Positions 46,801-59,721 of a stretch of 64,000 bases of DNA are shown here, in pieces. Source of the DNA: an uncultured Hormoscilla sp. (GTDB lineage: Bacteria; Cyanobacteriota; Cyanobacteriia; Cyanobacteriales; Desertifilaceae); NCBI GenBank assembly GCA_963921275.4, contig OZ001293.3, forward strand, positions 352,001 to 416,000, written 5' to 3'. Position numbers and translations under genes: made by a program. A model generated the notes under the pieces. That model ran no database searches, was not told where the DNA came from, and worked only from the letters and a program-made list of their open reading frames with translations. Numbering within the stretch: the stretch's first letter is position 1; the number at the start of each line of letters is the position of its first letter.

Positions 46801-48118
46801 CCAAATTATCTGTAGAATAGATGTGCCTGATCCCACTTTTTTGAGGGTTTTCTGAGACTTTAATCGTCACAGGTGAAGCCACAGTTCCGCCGTCAGGAGT
46901 AACCCCAACAAATCCTCCCTGGGAATAGCCAAAATAAATGTCATCTAGATTTTGTGCTAAAGCAAAGACGCGGTATTGTTGCCATAAGTGACGCTCTATA
47001 TCTCTGCCCTCTTGTATATCTAACAAACCGATTCGGATCGCCTCAGCGGTGCTTTGATTGAGTGCAATTGGTTTTGCCAAATAATCAGTCAGGTGTTGCT
47101 CGATGCGAGCCGTTATTTCCCTACGCAACTGATTAGGGGTCGAGCTGGGAATCGCTTCGGAACCCTCCCGTTCGGAACCTAAAGAGCGACTTTCACCGCA
47201 TCCGGCTACTGGGTAGTAGGCCCAAGTCATTGGTAGGTAACTTTTGGATTACTCCCTTTGTCCCTTATCTCATGCAATTTCGCTCCTTTCCTGGTTGGTG
47301 AGTGGCCGGAAAACCTTTAGTATCACCATTATCGCGTCCGTTTTACCAGTAATCTATTCCTCAATCACCGAAGTGACGGGCTTATAACGTATCTAGAGTT
47401 ACTTTCACCTGAGACTTCCTACTATCACCCACCCTCACCGCACGTCGGCGTATCCTAAGCATTACCCCAGGCATTTGCTTCTTGGGGGCAGGCTTGGGCT
47501 CCCACTCGTGGCTTACGCTTCACATCTGACTGGTCCAGTTGGACAGCTCACGAGGGGTTACTTCGTCCCCTGGTCTCCGGAGCGCGATGCCTTTAGGTCC
47601 CTACTCTACCCCGGTAGTTCTTTGAGTACGATGTTAGCCAACAACAAAGACTAACACTAATTACGGTGACTTTTGTCTCCGGCGCATAAAGCCTTATTTC
47701 GCCGGTTTGAGGTAACGAGGCTTCTATAGGTTTGCTTGATCTAACCTTGGACATCATCGAGCGCGGAGTCGCCAAGGCTGCCAGCTATCCTACATTTAAG
47801 TTCTCGCTTAGCACCACGATGATGTTACTTCGCAACACCTCCAACCGGTGTTACCCCCGTACTTGGGGAGGCGGAATTTAACCCCCATGAATACCAGAGT
47901 TCCTAGTTTCCTAGGCTAGCGTTCCGCGTTTGAACAGGTTAGACTAGAACGAATCGCACGGTGGTAACCTCATTGACAGCTTTCTGTCCGTTGCGTAAGG
48001 AAAGATAGCCTGTCAATCCTACCGCTGCGCAGATTTGCAGCACAAAGGGGACGATGAAGACGGTTCGCAGCCCGACAGTTCCAGAAAGTTTGTCAACTAG
48101 ACGGTTGAGAGTTTTCAT
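43891..48118 (-). pseudogene. Cache-HAMP-HK-REC-HK hybrid sensor kinase with a sense intron and frameshifts
   Basis: Paralog of the 11297 gene; splicing 47959-47132 gives AVNEVTT|QLRREIT; further frameshifts near 46425, 45950 and 45595. Confidence 0.88.
47132..47959 (-). mobile_element. ORF-less group II intron F, sense and phase 0 in the sensor kinase gene; DV degenerate
   Basis: 5' GTGCGATTCGTT, 3' CGACCCCTAAT; EBS2 CCUCA pairs with exon UGAGG. Confidence 0.92.
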
Positions 48119-48435
48119 GGGAAAGGTCTCGTGGTATGGGACTATACTGCTAAAGGTCAGAAACTGCGCTTCACAGTGCAACCAATATGTCCGGAGCGAG
48201 GGGGAACTTTTTTCGAGATCCTTGTGAGCGCAAGAGTAACACCCCCCGTAGCGCTACGCGCACTTCGTAAAAGCGCACGTAGCGCTACGGAGGGTCTGAC
48301 GGCTGTGCTTACTAGAGTTACTGCTGCCAGAGCCCCCCCTCCCAATGACACCAACAATGCAATAAAGCGCAAGTCGTATCCCTTACGGGACGCGCAGCGC
48401 AATCCCTTTCAAAGTATAATCCATTTTAACTCGAT

Positions 48436-50424
48436 CTACCTGGACTTCAGGTCGGCGATCGCCCCCTTCGTCAGCCCCGCGATCGCATTATCCGTGGCCT
48501 TGCGTAAGTGATAATATTTCCCCCCGGCTGTTTTCGCCAACTCCTTCGCGAACCCAGTAGAAATAAACTTATTTTCCGTATCGATCGCCAAAAGTTGTAT
48601 CCCCAAAGCTCTAATTTTGGCTGCAATTTCCAACAGTTCCCCTTTAATATCTGGTTTTTCTCCTGGTTCCATCGCTTCGCCCAAAGAACGGGCCAAGGGA
48701 ATATTACCCCGTCCGTCAGTAATGGCCACCAGCACTACTTGCCCGATATCTCCCGACTGTTGAGCATTCACCCCCACCCTGACAGCAGTAGTCAAACCAT
48801 GAGCTAAGGGCGAACCGCCACTGCAAGGCATAACTTCCAAACGTCGCCGCGCTGCCGCGATCGACCTGGTCGGCGGTAGCAACACCTCCGCCTGTTCTCC
48901 CCGAAAGGGAATCAAGGCCACTTGGTCGCGATTTTGATAAGCTTCCGTCAGCAGTTGCATCACCGCCCCCTTGGCCGACTGCATCCGATTGAGGGCCATT
49001 GAACCGGATGCGTCCACTAGGAAAATCACCAAAGCACCCGCCTTTCTGACTAACCGCTTGGCACGCACGTCCCCCGATTCTACAATTACCTTCCTACTCG
49101 GTTGGCGCGATCGCCTGGCCTGCTGATAAGGTGCCGCTGCTCTCAAGGTCGCATCCACGGCAATGCGGCGCACCTTTCCTTTCGGCAACATGGGTTTCAC
49201 GTACCGTCCCCGATCCTCAGAAAAAATCACGCTGCGACTGCCGGACTTACCCTGCCTTTGTGCCATCTGAGCAAAGTACAGCACGCTGTCATCCAGAATT
49301 ACTCCCTCTGGATCGAAGACAAACTCTTCGGGAATGCTAGTTTCTTCTTCTTCTGGTTCTTCGGGACTGTTCTCATCATCCTCATCATCCTGCTGTTCGT
49401 CGGACGGTGGCGGTGGTGGAGGGGGCGGCGGTGCCTCATCTGGTGGCGTTTGCACGACTGTGGCCCGGGGGACGATTACCAATTCCACCGCACTGCGCAA
49501 ATCTTCCGCGCTGACATAGGTCCGTCCCTCCAGTGCAGCGCTAGCTTTGGCCACTTTCACGGCAAATAATTCCGCCCGATGTCCCTGCACCCCAGCCCGA
49601 ATGGCCTCCTCTACTAGATAGGTAATTTGTTCGCTCTTTATGCGGACATCTTTGAGCCATTCCCGCCCCAGGAGAATTTGAGTTTTCAAGTCCTCCATAT
49701 CTTCGCCGTACTGCTGGAGAAATTCCTGGGGAGATTTGGCGTAGGCCAGGGCCCGATCGACCGCTTGCACCCGATCTTCCAACCCCAAAACCCCATCAGC
49801 TGAAAGGTTAATGGCAATGCGATCGAGTAAATGGCGGCGCAGGGGACCTTCTTCCGGGTTGTAGGTAGCAATTAACAGAGACTTGCTCTGATGTTCAAAA
49901 CTAATCCCCTCTCGTTCAATTAGGTTCCGTCCTTCACTCAAAACCGTTAGCAGCTGGTTGCTGATTTGGTTATCGAGTAAATTAATTTCATCCACATACA
50001 GGACGCCTCGGTTAGCAGCGGCAAGCAACCCTGGTTGAAATACCGTTCTCCCTTGCTGCACCGACTTTTCCACATCCACTGAACCTAAAAGTCTGTCTTC
50101 CGTTACCCCCAGGGGAATTTGCACGAAAGGCGCGGGAATAATCTCTGTATCCTGACTTTCTTGGGTAGGTTCTTCGTTGCTCAGGGTTCCTTTCACCACT
50201 TCAATGGGTGGCAGTAAGGCGTGTAAAGCCCGTGCCATTACTGATTTTGCCGTGCCCCGACGACCCGCGATCGCCACTCCTCCCAATTCCGGGTCGATCG
50301 CCGCCAGCAGCAGCGCTAATTTGATCGCTTCTTGACCGACAACAGCCGTGAGGGGAAAGGTTGTGATAGTAGACGACATTGCAGGCATGATTTGAATGAT
50401 TGTTTTTCCGTGCTCAAATAGCAT
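48436..50424 (-). CDS. chlD: Magnesium chelatase subunit D
   Basis: GRRGTAKS, poly-Pro/acidic linker, vWA DASGSM; true start probably slightly downstream. Confidence 0.96.
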   Translation of the reverse strand: MLFEHGKTIIQIMPAMSSTITTFPLTAVVGQEAIKLALLLAAIDPELGGVAIAGRRGTAKSVMARALHALLPPIEVVKGTLSNEEPTQESQDTEIIPAPFVQIPLGVTEDRLLGSVDVEKSVQQGRTVFQPGLLAAANRGVLYVDEINLLDNQISNQLLTVLSEGRNLIEREGISFEHQSKSLLIATYNPEEGPLRRHLLDRIAINLSADGVLGLEDRVQAVDRALAYAKSPQEFLQQYGEDMEDLKTQILLGREWLKDVRIKSEQITYLVEEAIRAGVQGHRAELFAVKVAKASAALEGRTYVSAEDLRSAVELVIVPRATVVQTPPDEAPPPPPPPPPSDEQQDDEDDENSPEEPEEEETSIPEEFVFDPEGVILDDSVLYFAQMAQRQGKSGSRSVIFSEDRGRYVKPMLPKGKVRRIAVDATLRAAAPYQQARRSRQPSRKVIVESGDVRAKRLVRKAGALVIFLVDASGSMALNRMQSAKGAVMQLLTEAYQNRDQVALIPFRGEQAEVLLPPTRSIAAARRRLEVMPCSGGSPLAHGLTTAVRVGVNAQQSGDIGQVVLVAITDGRGNIPLARSLGEAMEPGEKPDIKGELLEIAAKIRALGIQLLAIDTENKFISTGFAKELAKTAGGKYYHLRKATDNAIAGLTKGAIADLKSR

Positions 50425-50462
50425 AGCAATATCGATAATATCAGTGCGACTCGTTCAGTGTA

Positions 50463-51297
<835 letters not shown>

Positions 51298-51897
51298 AAC
51301 CACCGGTGATAACCGAAGGGGGACCACTGGCAAGGCTCCATTAGCCTTGATAACTTTTAGATGATGGTGGTGAAAGCCCACCCCTCCAGGTGCAGGAGTG
51401 ACAGCACTTACCCCACGGTAGCGATGGCATCAATCCGTGAAGCGGGTACGAAAGGCGCCCTGGCTGGTAGCCTAAACCGGTCATCGCCGATTTTTCGCGC
51501 AGCGTGCAAGTAGTCACGGTGAGCGAAAGCAAAGATTTACAGTGTCGTTACGACAAACCAGCGTAATAAGGCTAAACACGCTGGCCCAAAAGGGAAAGGA
51601 TAATGGTCATTGGCGGTTTGAATTCTGACCAATAAGCACCGACAATAAACCCGGCATAAGGAATCCACCTAAAACTACGACCAATCATCTAGAGGAACGA
51701 AGTAAACCAGGTACATACTCTCAACCACCGGTCGATAGGTTGAGCAGCCACCAAAGGCGCAACATCTGCTTACATTCGGCAGGTTATATCTGGGAAAGAT
51801 TTCGCGGAGAAGCTAACGCCTTTCTGTAATGGATGGGATATGCTGACGCCCTCACGGTAACGTCAATTGTAAAGTTGTAAGTAGCAATACATACGTC

Positions 51898-53671
51898 ATG
51901 AGCACGATGTCAAAATCGATGAATGAATGGAAGGATATCCCCTGGCCTCGGCTGGAACGGGTAGTCTTTAAGTTGCAAAAACGAATTTACAGAGCGGCAC
52001 AAGAAGGCAATAAGCAAAAAGTTCGCAGGCTCCAAAGGTTACTGGTAAGCTCCCGGGCTGCCAAATGTCTAGCGGTACGACGGGTTACACAAGATAACCA
52101 GGGAAAGAAGACAGCCGGTGTGGATGGTGTGAAATCACTAACCCCAAAGCAACGCCGAGAACTGGTAGGACAGATTGAAATCTCAAACAAGGCTAAGCCT
52201 ACACGTCGTGTATGGATTCCTAAGCCAGGGAGAGAAGAAAAACGTCCTTTAGGAATACCCACGATGCACGACCGCGCGAATCAAGGGCTCCTCAAGATTG
52301 CGCTTGAACCCGAATGGGAAGCATATATGGAGGGGAACTCATACGGATTCAGACCGGGTCGGGGATGCCACGATGCAATTGCGGCAATATTCAGCAGCAT
52401 TAAACAGAAACCCAAATGGGTATTAGATGCAGATATTGCGAAATGTTTCGACAGGATAGACCACAAAGCGCTAGTCGAAAAATTAAATACTACGTCACCA
52501 ATCCGTAAACAAGTACGGGCATGGTTAAAAGCCGGGGTGATTGACAAGAAGATATGGCACACAACTGAGGCAGGAACGCCACAAGGGGGTGTCATATCCC
52601 CACTGCTAGCCAATATAGCCCTACAGGGGTTAGAGGAAGCAGTAATGGAATTAGCAAAGACACAAAGGGAAAAGCGAAAGCTGACGGTAGTCAGATACGC
52701 AGACGACTTTGTGATCATGCATGAAGACAGGGAGATGATAGACAGAGCGCAAACAGTGGTGGCAGAGTGGCTAAGAAGAATAGGGCTTGAGTTGAAGGCC
52801 CGAAAAGACAAAGATAGCCCACAGGCTAAATGGAGAAAACCCGGGATTCGACTTCCTAGGATTCAACATAAGGCAATATAAAGAGGGAAAATACAGAACC
52901 GGCAAATCAACAAACGGAACACCCCTAGGATTCAAAACCCTAATCAAACCCAGTAATAAGTCCATAGGGAAGCATAAAGAACGGTTATCAGAAATGGTAA
53001 CTAGCCATATAACAGCACCACAAGCGGCCCTAATAAGCAGGCTAAACCCGATAATAAGGGGATGGTCAAACTACTTTAGGACAGTGGTAAGCAAGGAAAT
53101 TTACAGCGATATGGACAACTACCTATGGAACATCCTATGGCAATGGGCCAAAAGGAGGCACCCTAACAAGTCAAGTAACTGGATAACCTATAAATACTGG
53201 TCTGTAAACCAGGATGCTAAATGGCGATTCCGAAGCAAGACAAAAGAGGGTGATATGAAGATACGTAAACACTCCGAAACTGAGATAATCAGACACGTAA
53301 AAGTGAAAGGGACCGCAAGCCCATACGACGGGAACCTCACATATTGGAGCACAAGATTAGGCAAAAGCCCCGAACTGAGTAAAAGGGTAGCAACGCTACT
53401 CAAGCAGCAAAAGGGAAAATGCCAACAGTGCGGACTAACGTTTATGGATAGTGACAAATGGGAAGTTGACCATATCATGCCCCTTTCACTAGGAGGTAAG
53501 GACCGGTATGACAACCTACAGTTGCTACACAAACACTGCCACGACAAAAAGACTGCCAGCGATGGCAGTAGCCGTACCCATGACAAGGGTGGCGTGACCG
53601 AGGAGCAGGATGAGGCGAAAGTCTCATGTCCGGTTTTGAAGACGAGTCGGTCCGGTGACGGACTGGCTTAG
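51898..53671 (+). pseudogene. ltrA: Group II intron RT/maturase/HNH endonuclease with a single frameshift near 52797
   Basis: RPLGIP, SYGFRPGR, GTPQGG, RYADD; after the shift GFDFLG, LNPIIRGWSNYF, CQQC...DH...GG...NL..LH..CH. Confidence 0.92.
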
Positions 53672-53677
53672 TTTAAT

Positions 53678-54444
53678 TAGGTACGGCAACTACCATCGTT
53701 AGCAGTCTTTACGTCGTGGCAGTGTATTGCCACGTTGTGCCGCTCTGTAAATTCGCTTTTGCAGCTTGAAAACCCTCCGTTCTAACTTTCGCCAGGGGAT
53801 GGTCTTCCATTCATACATCGGTTTTGAAACCTTGTTCATAACGTTTGTACTGTTACTTGCAACTTTACCTTTGACATTACCGTGAGAGCGTCAGCGTATC
53901 CTACTCATTACAAATAGGCGTTTGCTTCTCCACTCAATCCTTTTCCGGCTACGACCTGCCTAATGAGAGCAGATGTTACGTCTTTGGTGACTACTCTACC
54001 TATCGACCGGTGATAGAGAGTGCGTAACCGGGTTACTTCGTTCCTACAGATGATTGGTTGTAGCTTTAGATGGATTCCATACGCCGGGTTTATTGTCAGT
54101 GCTTGTTGGTCAGAGATAAACCTGCCAACGACCATTATCCTTTCCCTTTTGGGCCAGTGTCTCAGCCTTATTACACTGGTTCATATTTACGACGCTGCAA
54201 ATCTTTGCTTTATGCTCATCATGGCTACTTGCTTGACGTTGACTGGTTTAGGCTACCGGCCAGTGCGCCTTTTATTCCTGCTTTACAGATTGATGCCATC
54301 GCTACTGTAAGGAATATGCTTTCACTCCTGCACCTGGAGGGGTGGGCTTTCACCACCATCATCTGTAAGTTGTCAGGGCTAATGAAACCCTGCTAGCGGT
54401 CCCCCACCAGTTATCACTGGCGGTTTATGCTAAACGAATCGCAC
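53678..54444 (-). mobile_element. Group II intron I (relative of G) with internally deleted IEP; DV/DVI missing
   Basis: 5' GTGCGATTCGTTTAG at 54444; homologous to G domains I-IV; MNKVSKPMYEWKTIPW...AAQRGN joined directly to the HNH tail CACTGCCACGAC. Confidence 0.88.
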
Positions 54445-54623
54445 TTACCAATATATAATATACCATCAACCCGATGACGGATAGCATACAAACCCGGTCT
54501 AACCATCAGATGGGAAAATTGTTTGGTCAAGGGCCAGCAGTCTTCAAACGGTGTTACATAAAGTATCTCCAGCAGTCTTTCTGCTTCGGCGCGAATTTGG
54601 GAATAGTCCATCTTATCTATCAA
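54445..54623 (-). pseudogene. N-terminal fragment of a GIY-YIG nuclease-like gene, cut by intron I
   Basis: PGLYAIRHRVDGILYIG immediately followed by GTGCG. Confidence 0.65.
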
Positions 54624-54946
54624 TTATAGTCTACAATTGTCATCGCAGATGCCCTGCATCAGTGAAGATGGTTTTACCATTAATTGAGCTTCGTGGGAAT
54701 GTCCTCAATTTGACAATTCCAAATCTCTCCAACGATCCTCATGTCCGGCGATCGCACCGGCGGATGGGAGGCCATGGATCGCCGTTCTCAAAGCAAACGA
54801 TCGCGCTTCCTGATGATATCATAACTCAGTACCGCCCACCAGAAGCTAAATCTAGGACTCGGTTTGACAATTTGCCTCAGTCCTGTATATAATTTACTAG
54901 GACCGTCGCCGGGGATACAAAATAACCAGTTTACGGAGGCCAAACA

Positions 54947-55699
54947 ATGGGATTAAAGCTAGATAACGTAGTCCCCTGGGGCCGATCGCACTCTGAATAC
55001 CTGAGAATGTTCGACATTACTATACCAGAGTTAGATTTAAAGATCCTTGATTCTGGTGGCGGTCCTGCTAGCTTTAATGCGGAAATGACGCGGCGATGTG
55101 CGAGGGGTAGTGCGAGTAGCGTGCCCCGAGGGCATCGAAAGGGCTACAATAATGTGATTTCCTGCGATCCAGTTTATCAATTCAGCGCTGATGAAATTGC
55201 CCGACGCATTCAAGCAACTTATCCAGTTATTGTCGAGGGAGTAAAGGCAAATCAAGATCAATATGTTTGGCAAGGAGAAATCACCTCTCCCACTCAGCTA
55301 GGACAGGTGAGAATGGCAGCCATGCAGCAGTTTTTGGCTGATTTTACCGAGGGGAAAAAGTCAGGGCGTTATGTGAAAGCTAAATTGCCAGTACTACCTT
55401 TCAATAAAAAAAAATTTGATTTAGCCCTCTGTTCTCATCTATTATTTCTTTATTCCGACCAACTTGATGCAGCATTCCATTTCCATGCTATACTAGAACT
55501 ATGTCGAGTCGCTAGGGCAGTCCGCATCTTCCCCCTGCTGGATCTATCGGGAGAACCTTCTCCACACCTGTCAGGTACTATAATGGAATTAAGACAGCAG
55601 GGTTATCATGTAGAAACCCGGCAGGTGGATTATGAATTTCAGCGCGGCGGCAACCAAATGTTGCGAATTGAGAATGGCGAATGGAAAATGGAAAATTGA
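54947..55699 (+). CDS. SAM-dependent methyltransferase-like protein with a 15-aa repeat-derived insertion
   Basis: ILDSGGGPASF, LPVLPF...FDLALCSH. Confidence 0.75.
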   Translation: MGLKLDNVVPWGRSHSEYLRMFDITIPELDLKILDSGGGPASFNAEMTRRCARGSASSVPRGHRKGYNNVISCDPVYQFSADEIARRIQATYPVIVEGVKANQDQYVWQGEITSPTQLGQVRMAAMQQFLADFTEGKKSGRYVKAKLPVLPFNKKKFDLALCSHLLFLYSDQLDAAFHFHAILELCRVARAVRIFPLLDLSGEPSPHLSGTIMELRQQGYHVETRQVDYEFQRGGNQMLRIENGEWKMEN

Positions 55700-55701
55700 G
55701 A

Positions 55702-56100
55702 ATGGCGAATAAACAAATTACTAGGACATTTTCGGGAACGAGTTGGGAGGAAAAAGCGGGTTACTGTCGCGCCCTCAGAGTGGGAAACCAGATTTATGTT
55801 TCCGGGACCGCACCTATCGATCAATCTGGAGGCGTATTCGCCCCCGGAGATGCTTACGCCCAAACTAAATATTGCTTGTCAATTATCCAAAAATCTTTGC
55901 AGGATTTGGGGGCTGACTGTAGCGATGTTATCCGAGTACGCTTGTTTGTGACTGATATTAGTCGCGCCCAAGAGTTTATTCAGGCCCATCGCGAATTCTT
56001 TGCAGAACATCCCCCAACCAGTACAATGGTTGAAGTTAGCGCTTTAGTAGATCCGGCGATGCTGGTTGAGGTGAAAGTAGAAGCAATTTGTTTCTCATAA
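55702..56100 (+). CDS. RidA/YjgF family protein
   Basis: WEEKAGYCRA.RVG, VSGT, PTSTMVEVSAL. Confidence 0.88.
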   Translation: MANKQITRTFSGTSWEEKAGYCRALRVGNQIYVSGTAPIDQSGGVFAPGDAYAQTKYCLSIIQKSLQDLGADCSDVIRVRLFVTDISRAQEFIQAHREFFAEHPPTSTMVEVSALVDPAMLVEVKVEAICFS

Positions 56101-56159
56101 TTGCATGACGGAGGTAAGGACTAAAGTCCTTACTACGAACGAATGATAAGGATAAAAAA

Positions 56160-57356
56160 GTGAAATTAGGAGTATTTTGGCGACAGATAGGTCAACCAAT
56201 GGTATATTATCCTCAGGTGGCTAAAGTTACTGGTGGGGTAACTGCTGCCGTGTTTTTCTGTCAACTGTGTCAGAGTCATTCCTCGGGTAATTCTCAAGAA
56301 TGGATATCCATTACTGTCGAGCAAATGGAGGCGGAAACCGGTTTGAATTCTTCGGAACAAGATCTGGCACGCCGCCAACTTAAGGCCCGATCGCTCTTGA
56401 AAGAGAAAATAGTTAGCGGGAAAAGTGGGGCCCTGGAGTTTTGGCCGGACCTGGAGGTCCTAGAAAAAAGATTAGAGGATAATTTGATTACACCAGAGGA
56501 ATCTCAAGCATCTCTAATTCAGGTTCAAGATAAAACTCCCAGAACAATTAAAGAAGATAAATATTTCCCGGTGCGACGTCAAGCTATTGCCGTGCAAGTC
56601 ACTCCGAATTATCAATTTAGCGGTCCCTGGAAGTCTCCTGCTGAATTAGAGGAATTTCAACGGACTTTATTAGAGTATGCTAAGATCCAAGGGTATCCTA
56701 ACCCTTCGGGATGGGTTTTTAAGGTGATCGATGGCATGACTAAAGGGTTATTGTCTCCCTTTTGGGATGAATTTGTCGCCGGAATAGCTTTAGGTGAAAG
56801 TCAGAAAGTTAAGCGGGACTGGGAGATAGAACCTGGTGTTCCTTATCCCGCCTTTGAAGAAGAACGCATTCAATATTACGTTAGCAAAGGAGAACCCCTA
56901 GAAGCAGCAGTCTCTAAAGCCAGTCACGATCTCAGAAACCCCGTTATGGGACAAGATTTGTGGTCCGGGTTCCTCCGCAAGTGCGATCGCATCGCTGAGG
57001 AGGCGTTAGCTGCGAAGAAAATGGGCGTGCAGACCCCCTATCTGCCCTCTTCCTTTACGGAGAGACCGGAAATTACTAAGGAAAGTGTCATGCAGAAGCT
57101 AGCAGCAGTTAATCCGCAATTTTCCCTGGAAGCATCTCCTTCCGACTCCCTGAACGAACTAATTTTAGCAGCGGTGGATAAATCAGCAGAACAGAAAGAA
57201 CAGAAACCAGCATCCGATGTTCCGCCTCTTGCTACTTTGCAGGAGATGTTTAAAACTGCGATCGGGCGATCGCTGGTGAAAAAGCAAATTGCCGAACACC
57301 CGGAATGGGGATATGAAATAGTTGACGGGAACGTGGTAGACTCAATTCCTTTTTAG
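56160..57356 (+). CDS. Hypothetical protein with an N-terminal winged-helix-like segment
   Basis: Long ORF; ETGL...EQ..AR..L motif. Confidence 0.6.
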   Translation: MKLGVFWRQIGQPMVYYPQVAKVTGGVTAAVFFCQLCQSHSSGNSQEWISITVEQMEAETGLNSSEQDLARRQLKARSLLKEKIVSGKSGALEFWPDLEVLEKRLEDNLITPEESQASLIQVQDKTPRTIKEDKYFPVRRQAIAVQVTPNYQFSGPWKSPAELEEFQRTLLEYAKIQGYPNPSGWVFKVIDGMTKGLLSPFWDEFVAGIALGESQKVKRDWEIEPGVPYPAFEEERIQYYVSKGEPLEAAVSKASHDLRNPVMGQDLWSGFLRKCDRIAEEALAAKKMGVQTPYLPSSFTERPEITKESVMQKLAAVNPQFSLEASPSDSLNELILAAVDKSAEQKEQKPASDVPPLATLQEMFKTAIGRSLVKKQIAEHPEWGYEIVDGNVVDSIPF

Positions 57357-57366
57357 AGGGAGAAAC

Positions 57367-57603
57367 ATGAGAAAAGTTAAAGATATTGATGGCTTTAGTT
57401 CCGCCGGACGTCCTCTTCTGTCAGCAAAAGAATGTCAAAAACTGCGTCAGGAGAAAATTCAGCAACAGCAAGAGTCAAACTATCAACTGTTGGCAGAACT
57501 TTGTCGCTTAGGGGAGGAGGACGCTGCCAAGCTACTGACAAACCGCAATTATAGCTGGGGTTATGAAGTAGTTGACGGAGTGGTCAGGGAAAGGTTAGAT
57601 TAA
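57367..57603 (+). CDS. Small hypothetical protein
   Basis: RBS-like GGGAG upstream; shares WGYE.VDG.V with the C-terminus of the upstream protein. Confidence 0.55.
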   Translation: MRKVKDIDGFSSAGRPLLSAKECQKLRQEKIQQQQESNYQLLAELCRLGEEDAAKLLTNRNYSWGYEVVDGVVRERLD

Positions 57604-57782
57604 TTGCAAATTGGGAATTGAGAATGGCGAATTATTTGATGGCAAGTGGGGGCGATGATTGGAAAATTTTTGGCGATCGCATGTGGTTGGTGTACGCAGG
57701 ACATTGGCGTAAGCATGTGGCCGGGGCACAAATCAGTAATATAATAATATGAACCGAAAGATCTCTGATGCCGTGCCCCTTG

Positions 57783-57788
57783 TATACT
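57783..57788 (+). promoter_or_regulatory. -10 half (TATACT) of the IS110 circle-junction promoter; -35 TTGACA at 60159-60164
   Basis: The circular junction reads TTGACA-18 nt-TATACT. Confidence 0.75.
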
Positions 57789-57794
57789 AAGATT

Positions 57795-58851
57795 AGTCTG
57801 GTGGAGTGCGATTCGTTCTAGTCTAACGTAGTCAAACACGGAACGCTAGCCTAAGAAATTAGGAACTCTGGTAATCATGGGGGTTCAATTCCCCCTCCCC
57901 AGGTACGGGGGTCGAGGGTACTACCGGTCGGAGGTGCTACGGAGCGACATCGCCGTGGTGCCTCCCGAGGACTTAAATGTAGGATAACTGGCAGCCTAAG
58001 CCGGTGACGCCGCTAGGAAAGATGCTAATGGTTAGAACAAGCGAACCTATGTAAACCTCGTTAACTAGAACCAGCGGAATAAGGCTTATGCGCTTGCCCA
58101 AAAAAAGGGAAATGGTAGTTAGTATTAGCTCTTCTATCTGGCTAATAACGTACTCAAAGAACTCCCGGGGTATAGTAGGAACCTAAAAGCATCGTGAAAT
58201 GATACTAGGGAACGAAGTAACCCATCGTGTGCTGTCTACCGAGACCAGTCAGATGTGAAGCGCAAGCTACGGTGGGAGGGATGGCCCAAGAAGCAAAAGC
58301 CCTAATTAATGCCTGGGATAAGCAAACAGGGGTCGGTGACAGTAGGAAATCTCGGGCTAAAGTAACCCTAATACGCCCCAATACCTAGCATGCGAAGGTG
58401 GGATAACTGGTGAAACGGACTCAGATAAATTGGTAATACTAAAGGTTATCCGGCAGCGCCACTTACCAACCAGGAAAGGGGAGAAATTACATGAGATGAG
58501 GGACAACGGGAGTAATCCCCAGTAATCCTACCAATGACAAGGCCCTACTGCCCAGTAGCCGGGTGCGGTGAAAGTCGCAAGCCCGGTTCCGCTCTTGGAG
58601 GGTTGGGGAGTGATTCCCAGCTCGACCCCGACCAGAGCACTCAAACACTCTCTCTACTTCGGTCAGGTGAAGCTGGCGTGCCCCTAAGACACCTTAAGGC
58701 TAAGTCTGTTGTGTAGATTAGCTCCCTGCAGGTGAATCACGACTGGTTTGATCCTGATACTGTCCAGTATCTTAGGCCACCCACGCTTTGTTGAGCCTGC
58801 TAAACCGCGGTTAGTTGCATTGACCAGTCAGCATACAATTTGTATGCTATC
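57795..58851 (+). ncRNA. IS110 bridge RNA locus (exonic parts ~57795-57805 and 58634-58851)
   Basis: Target guides CGTGCCCCT (58677-85) and TGTAG (58712-16) match the empty site CGTGCCCCTACA; donor guide CAGTATCT (58765-72) matches the right end. Confidence 0.8.
57806..58633 (+). mobile_element. ORF-less group II intron J inside the bridge-RNA 5' region
   Basis: GTGCG...CGACCCCGACC; intact-looking DV; EBS1 UCUAUCU/exon UGGUGGA; EBS2 ACUAG/exon UUAGU. Confidence 0.93.
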
Positions 58852-59686
58852 GTGCGATTCGTTCGGACGTAAACCAGTAATGGTGAAAGTCTGATCTGGT
58901 TCAGTAAGCCAGATAACTCTGGTCATCATAGGGGTTAAATTCCCCTCCCTCAGGTACGGGGGTGACACCGGTCGGAGGTGCTGCGGAGTAACATCACCGT
59001 GGTGCTGAGCGAGGACTTAAATGTAGGATAGCTGGCAGCCACAGCTGGCAACTCCGCTTGTTAGAGGCTCATGGTTAGAATAAGCGAATCTCTGTAAGTA
59101 TCGTTAACGCAAACCAGCGAAAGGGCTGTTACGCTGGCCCAAAATGGGAAAGCAGTTAGTATCAATGTTGGTATCTCATTGGTATCGTACTCGAAGAACT
59201 GCCGGTATAGAGGAGAGACCTAAAAGCCTCGTGAAATGATATCAGGGAACGAAGTAACCCCACGTGAGCTGTCCAGTAGGACCAGTGAGATGTGAAGCGC
59301 AAGCCACGTGTGGGAGAGATGGCCCAAGAAGCTAATGCCTAGGGTAATGCCTATGGATATGCAGACGTGGGTCGGTGATGTCAGGAAACTACTGGAATAA
59401 GTAGCCTTAAAACGTCATAGGCCCATTCACAGCGTTAGCTAAAGTGAGTTGAGGAATGTATTACTGGTAAAACGGATATGTAAATGGTGATACTAAAGGT
59501 TTTCCGGCGGCGCCACTCACCAACCAGGAAAGGGGCAAACATGTAAGTAGTAAGGGACAACGGGAGTAATCCAAAAGTTACCTACCATGAAAAAGGGCCT
59601 GGCACCCAGTAGCCGTGTGCGATGAAAGTCGCATGCACGGTTTCGAAAGGGAGGGTTGGTACGCGAGTACCAGCTCGACCCCGGCT
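58852..59686 (+). mobile_element. ORF-less group II intron K between the bridge RNA and the transposase
   Basis: GTGCGATTCGTT...CGACCCCGGCT; intact-looking DV; EBS1 GGUAUCU/exon UGCUAUC. Confidence 0.93.
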
Positions 59687-59721
59687 CACTTAAAATTGAG
59701 TTAAAATTGAGGTACAGTGCT

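Noticed and set aside
46421..47230. ORF-track N-termini MTWAYYPVAG... and MTPSSTPTS... (11213)
   Set aside because: These are read-through from intron DV/DVI, not real protein starts.
51898..53671. RT as a DGR, retron or defence RT
   Set aside because: It has maturase and HNH domains and lies within a complete group II intron with DV/DVI.
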